In this document: piece by piece, positions 1-9,467 of the stretch | Layout: each line of letters opens with the position of its first letter | How positions within the stretch are numbered: position 1 is the first letter of the stretch | NCBI GenBank assembly: GCA_965224085.1 | Contig: CBDCYI010000011.1 | Location: 96,001 to 160,000, forward strand | Source of the DNA: Candidatus Marinacidobacterales bacterium | Lineage (GTDB): Bacteria > Acidobacteriota > Vicinamibacteria > Marinacidobacterales > SMYC01 | Direction of reading: 5' to 3' | Length of the DNA stretch: 64,000 bases | Program-made: the position numbers and the translations under genes | Notes under the pieces: generated by a model | What the model saw: only the letters and a program-made list of their open reading frames with translations | Database searches by the model: none | Told to the model about the DNA's origin: nothing

Positions 1-95
1 ACGACATAGACTTCCCCCAAGCTGTTCTCTTTTGCGAGCTCGGAGTCGAGAAGGTCGAACAGACGAACGATGTCCGATTTCGTTAGTCGCGTCAC
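1..95 (-). CDS. Predicted nucleotidyltransferase (DUF6036-like), N-terminus only; runs off window edge
   Basis: Manual translation from GTG at 95: MTRLTKSDIVRLFDLLDSELAKENSLGEVYV, resembling the start of DUF6036 nucleotidyltransferases (just before the VGG motif); 12 bp downstream of the RHH gene. Confidence 0.55.
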   Translation of the reverse strand, partial: MTRLTKSDIVRLFDLLDSELAKENSLGEVYV

Positions 96-107
96 AGCTT
101 TTTCCGA

Positions 108-605
108 TCAAATGCGGTCGCCAACCCCGGAGTCGACGAAGATGTTGCGCCGTCGGAACGGCACCGGCGAGGCACGCAATAGGTGCCGACGCAAACTCAA
201 CAGGGGCGCGGCGTAATGAGGCTCCGTCAGAGGCTCGATGTCGCCGAGCCACCTCGGCGGCGAGACACCCTTTTGCTGCGCAGCCTGCTCCACCATCGCG
301 GCAACGTAGTTCTGCCAGTAGGGTGCTAGAGCTCCGACCGGGGCCTCGCTCAACGCGTCCAGGAATTCGGCTCGCGTCAAGTCGGTGAGCATGTCGTTCA
401 ACGCAGCGAGCGCGTAACGGCGCTCGCTGCGCTCGCTCTCGCCTGAAAGAGACCGCCACAGCTCGGCGAAACGGAGTTTGACCTTCGGCAAGGCGCGCGA
501 AAGGACGTAGGCCGAAATTCCCAGTCCTCCGCGTCGCGCCAAGCGTCTCAGCGCTGCTTTCTCGGCGGACGTGACGCGAATCTGGAGCTGCTGTGTCCTG
601 CTCAT
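108..605 (-). CDS. Ribbon-helix-helix domain protein, putative antitoxin/regulator
   Basis: N-terminus MSRTQQLQIRVTSAEKAALRRLARRGGLGISAYV is RHH-like; C-terminal SPVPFRRRNIFVD; start moved to ATG at 605 because of the promoter position. Confidence 0.65.
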   Translation of the reverse strand: MSRTQQLQIRVTSAEKAALRRLARRGGLGISAYVLSRALPKVKLRFAELWRSLSGESERSERRYALAALNDMLTDLTRAEFLDALSEAPVGALAPYWQNYVAAMVEQAAQQKGVSPPRWLGDIEPLTEPHYAAPLLSLRRHLLRASPVPFRRRNIFVDSGVGDRI

Positions 606-611
606 GGATCG

Positions 612-656
612 AGAATAGCGGCACGTAGCCATATTGTCAATACATAAGTATTGACA
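612..656 (-). promoter_or_regulatory. Sigma70 promoter (TTGACA-17-TATTCT) with overlapping palindromic operator; leaderless transcript
   Basis: Minus strand TTGACA at 640-635, TATTCT at 617-612, ATG 6 nt further on; perfect 9-bp inverted repeat TGTCAATAC-ataa-GTATTGACA at 635-656. Confidence 0.7.
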
Positions 657-991
657 CAATGAGCTCGTGCGTCGGGACGATCATCACCGTTTGACCACCG
701 GCACCGGACATGTAAAAGGCGCTTCGGGGAATGCTCCATCGTCCGCTGCCATTGACCCAGAACAAGCCCCCCGTAAACATATCCCGTCATAAGAAAATTG
801 CCGTAAGGGTCGGACCCCAGTTGCGGGCGTGCCCACTAACGCCCGAGGGAGGTGGAGCGCCAAGCTGATGTCAGGTTCTAGTGAAAGAGAATGCCCTCGC
901 GGCGATATTGGCGAACGACGAGTGCTAAGAGAGCGAGCCCGGCGGCGAGGGTCACGGCAGAGGAAAGAGCGACGTTCGCCGCGGTCAACGG

Positions 992-1400
992 CTAGCCGCG
1001 TAGGACTTGATTGATGAATAGCTGTTGGCCCACCGTCGGCAGAAGCACGACCCAGAGTGATTCTTTGATGGGCAAGACCGCCATGATGAGCGCGGGGAGC
1101 GCGGGGACGAGGAGCATGAGCGAGATGTAGTTTTGGGCTTCCTTGAAGCTTTTCGTGTAGCTTGCGATCATCAGCTGAAGCGCGACGACGAAAACCATCA
1201 GCGGCAGGCACAGCAGCAAGATCGACAAAAGCGCTTCGGGAGTGAGCTGCATCCGCACCCCGATATAGCGCTCCATCGGCACGTAGTTGAGGATGATCGC
1301 GAAGCCCAAGAGCGTTTCGACGAGCGCTACGGCCGTGAAGAGCAATACCGCGGCGGCTTTTCCGGCTACGAGCTGCGAGCGGCTCACGGGGTTGATGAAG
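992..1400 (-). pseudogene. ABC-2/NatB-like permease, internal fragment
   Basis: INPVSRSQLVAGK...SFKEAQNYIS motifs; in-frame stop just upstream, N-terminal half absent. Confidence 0.6.
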
Positions 1401-1434
1401 CTTCAAAGCCGAGGACGGAAAGATCACCGGTCCC

Positions 1435-1644
1435 TTCAACGGCGCCGGCGACACCGCGACGCCCACATGGATCAATTTTTTCTGCTTCTGGCTCTTTCAA
1501 ATCCCCTTGGCCTGGCTGCTCGCCATGCCCCTCGATATCGGCCCAACTGGCGTTTTTGTCGCGATCGCGCTTTCTTACTCTCTCTCGGCGGTCGTCGGCA
1601 TCCTCCTGTTCCGTCGAGGCAAGTGGAAAGAAAAGAAGGTGTAA
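1435..1644 (+). pseudogene. MATE efflux transporter, C-terminal fragment
   Basis: Manual translation FNGAGDTATPTWINFFCFWLFQIPLAWLLA...LFRRGKWKEKKV*; no N-terminal part. Confidence 0.7.
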
Positions 1645-1654
1645 ACTCTGTCGG

Positions 1655-2826
1655 GTGAAGCGCTCGACGTTCCTCCTGACCTTTCTACTGCTTGCCCATT
1701 TTGCCGAGGCACAAGAGCGACGGCTGGTTGCTCATCCTATGGCTCGGCTGGGTGCCGAGGCGAACCTCACCGCTTCGATCAGCTTGGGAGACGTGGACGG
1801 TGACGGCGATCTCGACGCCGTCGTTGCCAATGGCCGGCACTGGGCGCAGCAGAATTACGTGTTCTTGAACGGCGGCGACGGGTTCTTCCGTACGGCCAGG
1901 CGGCTTGGCGAAGAGCTTGCCACGAGCTACCGCGCGGCGCTCGGCGATTTCGACGGCGACGGCTATCCCGACGTCGTTGTCGCGAACTCGGGTTCCGCGA
2001 ACGACATTTATTTCAATGTGCCCGCCGAGGGCTCCACGCGAAATTGGCCGGGCTTTCGAGGTCCGAATGCTTCGGGTCTCGCCGACGGGCTCGATCTTCC
2101 CGATGCATGGGACGGCGAAAGCTTGACCCATATCGAGTGGAAAACACCCATTCCGGGCCTTGGACATTCGAGCCCGATCTTTTGGGCCGATCGCGTTTTC
2201 TTGACGACGGCGGTCAGCGATGACCCGGACTCGATCTTCGTTCATGGGCTCGACGGCCGTATCGACCGCCGTACGGACCTGTCGCGTCACAGCTTCCGAG
2301 TCTATTGTCTCGATCGGCGAAGCGGCGCGATTGTGGGAGCGTGAAGCGTCGAGGCGCCTTTTTGGAAGCTCGAAAAACACGACGCCGACGCCGGTTGTTC
2401 GCGCGATCGCGTATACATCACGAGCGGCTACCGCATCAAGCCAATCTTCGCTCTGCGCCACGGTGGAGAGATCGCGTGGCGCACGGAGCGCGACGGCTCT
2501 TACGTGACGACGCCGATCGTCTATCGCGACTATCTCTACACGTGCCAGAACAACGGTGTCATCTCCTGCTACCGAGCGGCGAGCGGGTTTATCAGAAGCG
2601 CGTCGCGTCGGGAGCGTTCAGCGCGTCACCGATCGCCTCCGACGGCAAGCTCTATCTCACGAGCGAGGACGGGGAGATCTACGTCGTGCGCGCGGGTCCT
2701 GAGTTCGAGCTTCTGCAGACGAACCGCATGGGCGAGATCACGATGGCGACTCCTGCCGCTGCGAAAAGCCAACTACTCGTTCGCACGCAGCACCATCTCT
2801 TTTCGATCCGCGAAACAAACCCGTAG
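1655..2826 (+). pseudogene. Secreted FG-GAP repeat + PQQ-like beta-propeller protein, frameshifted and internally deleted
   Basis: Signal peptide, two GDxDGDGxxD FG-GAP repeats, NWPGFRGP and GHSSPI propeller motifs; the remaining motifs (TPIVYRDYLY, SASPIASDGKLYLTSEDG) are spread over different frames. Confidence 0.7.
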
Positions 2827-2839
2827 ACAACGTGATTCC

Positions 2840-3120
2840 CTAGCGCCTCCTCTGTTCTTTCCAGGGGTCGCCCACTTTGTGGGTAGCCGAGCCTCTCCCA
2901 GAAACCGGCTCGATCCTCTTCGACAAGCTCGAGCTTCGAGCCGCCAATCGGCAGTCGATATCGAAGGCGGACCGTGGGCATCGAGCACGGGCCATTTCTT
3001 CGTGCGCGCCTGACGCGGCGGCAAGCGTTCCTTGCGGCGTGTATCGGAGCTTACGAAGACGCCCTTCGGCAGATTCTCTGGAGCCGGGACCGCCTCTCCC
3101 TGAAGCTTGCTATCCGTCAC
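2840..3120 (-). pseudogene. Sulfite-oxidase-like molybdopterin oxidoreductase remnant
   Basis: N-terminal RLPPxQARTKKWPVL..DWRLE joined directly, with a frame change, to C-terminal LELVEEDRAGFWERLGY; the middle is missing. Confidence 0.6.
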
Positions 3121-3330
3121 GGTTCTGCCTTTCTCGCGAACTGCGAGTTGATCTTACCCTCTGAGACCGAGGCTTTGCTGCACACGTGTATGTGGCGCGC
3201 GGCCGATCGCAAATGTGTCGTCTCGACTGGAGAGCGGGGACACGAAGCCGTATGGGGGCCGACCGGGAGCGAGCTGTTCTATCGTGACAAGGAGTGGGTT
3301 TCGACCGAGGCTCTCGGGCTGCGATGCCGG

Positions 3331-6246
3331 TCAGTCAAGCTTTCGCTCGACTTCGCGGATGCGCTCGCGATCCATCTCGCCGTCTTTCCAAAATTCGAAG
3401 AAGCGTTCGTAGGCGTCCAGAGCGTCTTCTTCGTAGCCCCTTTCCTCGCGAAGCTTGCCGAGGAAATAAAAACTCCGAACGTAGCGAGTCGGCTCGAAGA
3501 TACGTTCTTCGGTCGAGTTGACGATGCGCTCGTACCACATCGTCGCTTCTCCGATATTGCCGGCCTCGCGATGAGCGTTGGCGATCGCATACCAGATGAC
3601 GGTGTGGAGACCTTCGACGCCGCGCGGAGGCAACATCGATTCCGCTTCGTTCAAATGGGCGATCGCCGACGCGAAGTCACCGAGCGCGAGCGCGAGCTCG
3701 CCTTCGAGAAGTTGGCGCATGCGTTCGCGTCCGGGCCCAAACGTTGGTTTCACCCGTTCGCGGAAGGCTTCCGCGAGCTCGCGCGCCCGCGTCTCGTCAC
3801 CCAGACGTGCCGAGGCGACGGCGGCGATGAAACGACTCTGTGGGCCCGAGTCGTACCGGTCGTCTGGCCCTTCGATCGTGAGCGCAGCCTCTCGCGCGCC
3901 TTCGTTGTCGCCGACGTCGAGCAGAACCCTCGCTTTGTACAACGTAGGCTGGTTTTTGAAACGTCCTTCTCCGGCCGCGATCAACGCGTCAATACCGTTG
4001 ATCACGGGCGTATAGCACCCTTTGTAGAGCTCGGTGATCGCGACGAGACGGCCACCGTAGAACTTCTCAATCATCTCTTCCGCCTCGAGCATGCTGGCAG
4101 CGATCTTTGCGGCGTCGTCCCACTCTTCTTCGAGAATATGCGCTTCCCAGAGGACGGGAGCCGTGCGGAATTTGCTCGCGCCCAACTCTTCGGCGCGCTC
4201 GAGCTCATTGAGACCACGTTCGATCTCGCCGCTCTCGATCGATAGCTGAGCTATCGAGACCAGTGTCATCCAGTCATCTGGGTTGCGTTCGTTGAACTCC
4301 TCGAGAACCGCTCGGGCGCGGGCATCATCGCCGCGCGCCTGGTAGGCCCTCGCGAGGTTCTCGTAGGTGGCGGGAAAGACCATGCCGCGGCTTTCGAGCT
4401 CTTCGAACTGCTCGATGGCCGCGTCGTAATCTTCGAGGTCGACGAGCAAGTTTCCGAGGTTGTGTCGTGCCGATCCGTGGTCGGGATAGAGCTTAATCGC
4501 CATGCGATAGGCTTCAAGCGCTCGATCGAGAGTTTCGGGATTTCGGGAGTAGTGCCAACCTTCGATGTAGTGTCGCTCCCTAGCGGAGAGCCGCTCGATA
4601 TGCTGGAGGGCGGCTACCGCAAATTCATCGGCTTCTTCCTGCCGGCCGAGGTTGTTATGGACGACGCCCAACTTCGCGAGGGCCATCGCGAATCCCGGGT
4701 CGAGCTCCACTGCGCGCCTGAAGTGCGGCAGAGCCTCCTCTTCGCGATAGCGTTCGTGTAGACGGATGCCTTCGGCGTAATGTCGATAGGCTTCGACGGA
4801 AGCGGTCGTCACGTCGCGCAGGTCACGGTCGAGCTCGCCTTCGAGCGCGACGACGGAGAAGTTGGCTTTGATGCGGCCGCTAATCTCGTCGACTAGATGA
4901 AAGACGCTCTCCTCACCCGTCCCTTCGGCCTTCTCCGAGAGCAAGACCCTGCCAGTATGCGCGTCTTCGAGGCGCGCCGAGATGCGGATCGAATCGCCTG
5001 CTTTCGCGAAGCTTCCACGAAGAACAGTATTCACGGAAGCGCGCCGCGCGAGCTCTTCGATGGCCTCCGAAGGCGTGGGTCCGCCGTGAATGCGGCCCAT
5101 CTCGTCGAGAATCTGATAGAGGCGGTCGGTGCCAAGAACCTCGAGCTCGGGCGATTGCGAGAGATCCGTCACCAGCATGTCGGTGAGTCCCATCCGCAGC
5201 CACTCGAGCTCTGGATCGCCGGACAGATTCTCGAAATGCAACACTGCGAGCGATGGCGTCTCGCTCGTTGGCGTAGGGTCGGGTGGCGTCAGGAGTAAGG
5301 CCATGATGGCGGCTACCGCAAAGACGCTTATTCCCGCCGCAACGGCGAGGCGTTTCAAGCGCGTCGCCTTCCCGCCGGAAGCGAGGCGCAGTCGCGCGAG
5401 CTTCAAATCCGCGAGCACCTCAGACATGTGCTGGTAGCGTTTGTCCGGCTCTTTTTCGAGACATCGGTCGATGATTGGTTGGAGAACCTGCCGCTCTTCC
5501 CCGTTCAAGCCCGGGATCTTCGGAGTCGGGTCGCGCAGGATGGCGTAGAGCGTGTCGATGCGGCTTTTGCCTTCGAACGGTGGCTGTCCGCCCAGCACGT
5601 GGAAGAGCAACAAGCCGAAGCTGAAGATGTCGCTTCGCGGGTCGACTTTCCCCCCGCGCGCCTGCTCAGGCGACATGTACGACACCGTCCCTTCGATGAC
5701 GCTCTCGCCCGTGACGCTCTTCTGGGCCGATTCGTCGGGGCGTGTCTCGCTGAGAAACGGATTTTTGTCCGCGTCGACGAGCCTCGCTAAACCGAAATCG
5801 ATCAGCTTCGGGTGGCCTTCGCTCGTCAGCATGACGTTCGCGGGTTTGACGTCACGATGCACGATGCCATGTGCATGCGCGTAGGTGAGCCCATGAGCGA
5901 CGCCACTTGCGAGCTCCAATCCTTCGCGCGGCGGGAGCCGCTCCGGCGATTTCAAGCGATCGGCTAGGCTTTTCCCGCGGAGAAGCTCCATGGCGATGAA
6001 GATAACGTCATCCGATTCGTCGATCTCGTGGATGACAGCGATGTGAGGGTGCTCGAGCGCCGCGGCTGCGGTGGCCTCCTGCACGAAGCGTTGGCGTCGG
6101 TCACTCTCCTTCACGAGTTCCGGCGGCAGGACTTTTAGCGCGACCTCGCGGAGAAGCTTTTCGTCGCGGGCGCGGTAGACGGTCTGGAGCTCGCCTCGAG
6201 TGATCTCCTCGAGGACCGTGTAATGTGAGAGCTTCTTGCCAATCAT
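3331..6246 (-). CDS. Ser/Thr protein kinase with TM segment, TolB-N-like domain and TPR repeats
   Basis: VALK, HRDVKPAN, DFG and YMSPEQ kinase motifs; TM helix; SLAVLHFENLSGD domain; multiple TPRs. Confidence 0.92.
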   Translation of the reverse strand: MIGKKLSHYTVLEEITRGELQTVYRARDEKLLREVALKVLPPELVKESDRRQRFVQEATAAAALEHPHIAVIHEIDESDDVIFIAMELLRGKSLADRLKSPERLPPREGLELASGVAHGLTYAHAHGIVHRDVKPANVMLTSEGHPKLIDFGLARLVDADKNPFLSETRPDESAQKSVTGESVIEGTVSYMSPEQARGGKVDPRSDIFSFGLLLFHVLGGQPPFEGKSRIDTLYAILRDPTPKIPGLNGEERQVLQPIIDRCLEKEPDKRYQHMSEVLADLKLARLRLASGGKATRLKRLAVAAGISVFAVAAIMALLLTPPDPTPTSETPSLAVLHFENLSGDPELEWLRMGLTDMLVTDLSQSPELEVLGTDRLYQILDEMGRIHGGPTPSEAIEELARRASVNTVLRGSFAKAGDSIRISARLEDAHTGRVLLSEKAEGTGEESVFHLVDEISGRIKANFSVVALEGELDRDLRDVTTASVEAYRHYAEGIRLHERYREEEALPHFRRAVELDPGFAMALAKLGVVHNNLGRQEEADEFAVAALQHIERLSARERHYIEGWHYSRNPETLDRALEAYRMAIKLYPDHGSARHNLGNLLVDLEDYDAAIEQFEELESRGMVFPATYENLARAYQARGDDARARAVLEEFNERNPDDWMTLVSIAQLSIESGEIERGLNELERAEELGASKFRTAPVLWEAHILEEEWDDAAKIAASMLEAEEMIEKFYGGRLVAITELYKGCYTPVINGIDALIAAGEGRFKNQPTLYKARVLLDVGDNEGAREAALTIEGPDDRYDSGPQSRFIAAVASARLGDETRARELAEAFRERVKPTFGPGRERMRQLLEGELALALGDFASAIAHLNEAESMLPPRGVEGLHTVIWYAIANAHREAGNIGEATMWYERIVNSTEERIFEPTRYVRSFYFLGKLREERGYEEDALDAYERFFEFWKDGEMDRERIREVERKLD

Positions 6247-6443
6247 TTCGTCTAATTAACACAAATGTCCACAGACATTCCCCAACAGGAGATTACGGGC
6301 GTCGGCCAGTAGAAGTTCCGCGGGCCCCGAGGTCTCTGAACGACGCGAACAGCTCCGGTAAGCTGTGCCCTGTCATATAGATAGGGACTGTGTCCCGCGA
6401 ACACCTACCGGAGGGGTCTGTGTGCGGGACCCGCGGGGCGATC

Positions 6444-6500
6444 GTGGTGCCGGAGGAGGGACTCGAATCCTCGCAGCAGCCAGGACCGCGGGATTTTGAA
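6444..6500 (-). repeat. Degenerate duplicate of tRNA-Leu 3' half (att site)
   Basis: Matches 8248-8304 with 4 mismatches, from CCA to the anticodon loop; IHF-like TTTCAATAACTTA at ~6551. Confidence 0.85.
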
Positions 6501-6692
6501 AGCCGAGAGAGGCCCGTCGCCACCAGCACGCTTCCGGCTCGATCTTTTCCTTTCAATAACTTAGCGCCTCTCCTGGACACGCTCCAACACGTTGGAAAGC
6601 GGTCGGGACACATCATAGCGTACAAGCGAGCGTACAATTGGGGTGTTGTAGCGCGCGTTTTCGGGATGCTGGGACGAGCTCCAGAAGCGCTA

Positions 6693-7049
6693 TCACGCGT
6701 AGGAAGGATTGCTTCCTCTGCGCGCGACGTCGAAGAGTGCATCCGGTGCCGGATAAGGTGGCGTGTTCACGTGAGGGCCGCCGCATGACCTGGCGTTGCC
6801 CTTATCGTTGCCGCCTTTATCGTCGGCTTCCTCCTGGGCAGCGCGGGCATGATGTCGAACGTCTGCCGTTCGGCCGAGCTTCGGCAAATTCCCCCGCCGT
6901 CGACAAAAACGCGTGCGCCAGTGCAAACTGTCGGCTTCCTCAGACGTACCGGGCACTAGACAGACTAGAGCGTCGATACAGAACGGGAGAATGTTGCTGC
7001 GGTTGTAGGTAGCCATGATGACGGAGACCAAGGGTGACGTATCCTTCAT
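6693..7049 (-). pseudogene. Glycosyltransferase family 2 remnant
   Basis: PLVSVIMATYNRSNIL is the canonical GT2 N-terminus; sequence degenerates afterwards. Confidence 0.55.
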
Positions 7050-7306
7050 GTCGATCAGCGGGGGCGTTGGGGATGGGATATAGGATAGGCTGGCTCCATT
7101 CACCAGTTTTGGCTAATTCGGTAACCCGGACGGGCCGACTTGGCTGGGATGTTCGGCGCCTGAAGGACTTTCGGGCTCGCAGCGCTTCAAACGCCGTTTG
7201 AAGCTTGATAAGATCGAATGGCCCATCGGCTGATAACAACGTAGTCGGTAAAAGACCTGATGTCGCAACCGCGTCCACTGAACGAAAGCCGCCAGCGAGA
7301 CCCGTC

Positions 7307-7867
7307 ATGAAGGACTACGTCTTCTCTCTGAAGCCGGTTCTCACCGTCTTCGACCTTTTGCCAGGAAAACTGAAACGGAAGCTGATCAGCGTATTGAGAT
7401 TGAACGCGCGTCCATGCGACCGTCCAATCCAAGGCGCGGTGATCGTCCCCATTCAAAACCACGCCTATCTGGCGGTGTATTGGAAGGCCGTGGATTTAGG
7501 CCGAGGGCCGGGCGCCTCGTTGTACGTGCACGAGAACGAGGTTCTTCGTTTCGACTGTTTTGGAGAGGGTACCGGCCACTACCACATGAACGTCAATCAG
7601 ACCGCCCATTTTCGTGGGCGTGGTGTGGATCGGATGGTTTTTCGTGAGCGGACCGTTCAGGAGCAAATCGAACGGTCGTACTTCGAGCTGACGGTCAATT
7701 CTCGATACTTCCTAAAGCGGAACCGAAGTCGCAGGATACGACGCTTCGAGCTGGACTCGGAGAAACTCCGGGCGGCGGCCGAGCAAATGAAAGCAAAGAT
7801 GACCGAATATGGCGGAGACGGATCCCTGGGGCTGAAACCGCGAGAGCCGGAGCGGATCGAGGCCTAG
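7307..7867 (+). CDS. Hypothetical protein with EVLRFDCF...HYH motif
   Basis: Open ORF with protein-like composition inside the tRNA-Leu islet; start uncertain. Confidence 0.55.
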   Translation: MKDYVFSLKPVLTVFDLLPGKLKRKLISVLRLNARPCDRPIQGAVIVPIQNHAYLAVYWKAVDLGRGPGASLYVHENEVLRFDCFGEGTGHYHMNVNQTAHFRGRGVDRMVFRERTVQEQIERSYFELTVNSRYFLKRNRSRRIRRFELDSEKLRAAAEQMKAKMTEYGGDGSLGLKPREPERIEA

Positions 7868-7999
7868 CGCTCGCACTTCGACCTGCTAGCCTGGATACGC
7901 CATCGATTCCCGCTGCCATCAGTGGCCTCGCGCTGCAGGCACCGCTATCGTTGAGCGTCGTGCTCCCGTGCGTGAACCGCCGCGCGAACTGATCTGACT

Positions 8000-8180
8000 C
8001 TCGAGAACTCTCCGTCGTCGCGATGGCGTAGGCAGAACGCTCGGTCGTCTCGCATGGATCTATAAGACGATGGGCAGGGTCATCAAGACGGACGAGATCT
8101 TCGAGCGATACAACAACCAGGACGATGGGCGCCTCGCGCAAGGCGTCGAGAAGTTGGCCCGGCTTCCACGAGAACGAGAC
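8000..8180 (+). pseudogene. Tyrosine integrase C-terminal remnant
   Basis: ggtcat(c)aagacggacgagatcttcgagcgatacaac reads GH/KTDEIFERYN with a 1-nt frameshift, resembling the GHxT..F.RY box II motif; adjacent to the tRNA 3' end. Confidence 0.45.
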
Positions 8181-8248
8181 CGTACAAGTCGGGAAGGGCC
8201 AGGTTAGACTGATGAAAAGAGGATTCCGCGAATGATTTGCTACGAATG

Positions 8249-8336
8249 TGGTGCCGGAGGAGGGACTCGAACCCTCACAGCCGCGAGGACCGCGGGATTT
8301 TGAATCCCGTGCGTCTACCAATTCCGCCACTCCGGC
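8249..8336 (-). tRNA. tRNA-Leu (CAA)
   Basis: GCCGGAG acceptor stem, anticodon loop TTCAAAA, long variable arm, GTTCGAGTC T-loop, encoded CCA. Confidence 0.97.
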
Positions 8337-8681
8337 AAGTTAGGCACGTGCCTGAGCGGGCAGGCTCGTTGCCGAAACGAAATCGCAGTGTAACATGGGG
8401 GAGCGCGGCCGAAGGCCCTTTCCGCTTCTTGTGCCGGAAACCGTGTATATGTAACGCGTTGGCGTGATCGTCGGCGAATGGCAGAATCGTAGCTGGGGTG
8501 CGGTTCGCCCCCGATACCGTTCTACCTCCTTTAATAAGGGCCTCGTGGAGTTGAAATCGCGGCTTGTTAGGCGCTCACTCGTATGGGCTAATATACATCG
8601 AGTTAACGACGTTTGGCATCGAAACGATCGCCCCCTAAACTCCTGTCGGTTCATTATTTAATAGCTTTGTCCCTCAAATCA

Positions 8682-8690
8682 TGGTATAAT
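8682..8690 (+). promoter_or_regulatory. Extended -10 promoter element upstream of carD
   Basis: TGgTATAAT in AT-rich DNA ~37 nt before the ATG; GAGG RBS near the start. Confidence 0.5.
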
Positions 8691-8726
8691 TTTTAGTGCT
8701 CATTTATTTTGGAAAGCGAGGTGTAA

Positions 8727-9401
8727 ATGGCCTTTCAAGTTGGGGATAAAGTCGTTTATCCCAATCATGGCATTGGAGTTGTCGAGGATATTCAGTCGGA
8801 TCGGGTCGAGCTGTCCGAGCACCGGTTTTATAAGTTACGCATCCTGGCGAACTCCACCGTCGTGAAGGTTCCCATCGCGAACGTCGACGGGGTCGGCGTA
8901 CGCCGGGTAATCTCGAACAAAGACGTTGCGCGGATCTTCGACCTTCTCGAGAATCGGAAGATCGAGACCCACGCGAACTGGAAGGGACGTTATAAGGATA
9001 ATTCAGATAAGATGCGCAGCGGCTCGATTTATGACGTCGCTGGCGTACTCAAAGACCTTTCCTTCTTGAGCAAAAAGAAAAGCCTCTCTTTCCGTGAGAA
9101 ACGCATGCTCGACCGGGCGCGGTTTCTCATCGTGAGTGAGGTCGCGGAAGTTGCTGCCGAGCCCAATGACCTTGTCGAGCAGAAGATCGACATCGCTCTC
9201 TCACGAGGCATGGAGACCAAAAAGAAAGGCCGTACGAGCCTCAAAACGCTCCTCAAGAAGACCACTATGGCCGCGATGGCAGATAATGGCCGTAGTGAGG
9301 GCGTTGCTCGCAAGCCTCGTTCCCGCGCCTCCACAAAAATCAAGCAAGGCAAAGGACGAAAACAGCCGATCTCTATTTCGATCAACCGCTACTGCTGCTA
9401 G
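8727..9401 (+). CDS. carD: CarD family transcriptional regulator
   Basis: FQVGDKVVYPNHGIG, NWKGRYK and LSFREKRML motifs; basic C-terminal tail. Confidence 0.92.
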   Translation: MAFQVGDKVVYPNHGIGVVEDIQSDRVELSEHRFYKLRILANSTVVKVPIANVDGVGVRRVISNKDVARIFDLLENRKIETHANWKGRYKDNSDKMRSGSIYDVAGVLKDLSFLSKKKSLSFREKRMLDRARFLIVSEVAEVAAEPNDLVEQKIDIALSRGMETKKKGRTSLKTLLKKTTMAAMADNGRSEGVARKPRSRASTKIKQGKGRKQPISISINRYCC

Positions 9402-9429
9402 AAGCCACGGCTGGTTCTGATACCATCGT

Positions 9430-9467
9430 AGCCCCTCCCGCCTTTGGGCTGGAGGGGCTTTCCTTTT
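9430..9467 (+). terminator. Intrinsic terminator after carD
   Basis: AGCCCCTCC/GGAGGGGCT stem followed by TTCCTTTT. Confidence 0.6.

Noticed and set aside
2974-4245. 423-aa plus-strand ORF and many similar long overlapping ORFs (e.g. 43334-44779, 48781-49998, 61527-62732)
   Set aside because: Antisense shadows of well-supported genes in high-GC DNA; no family motifs
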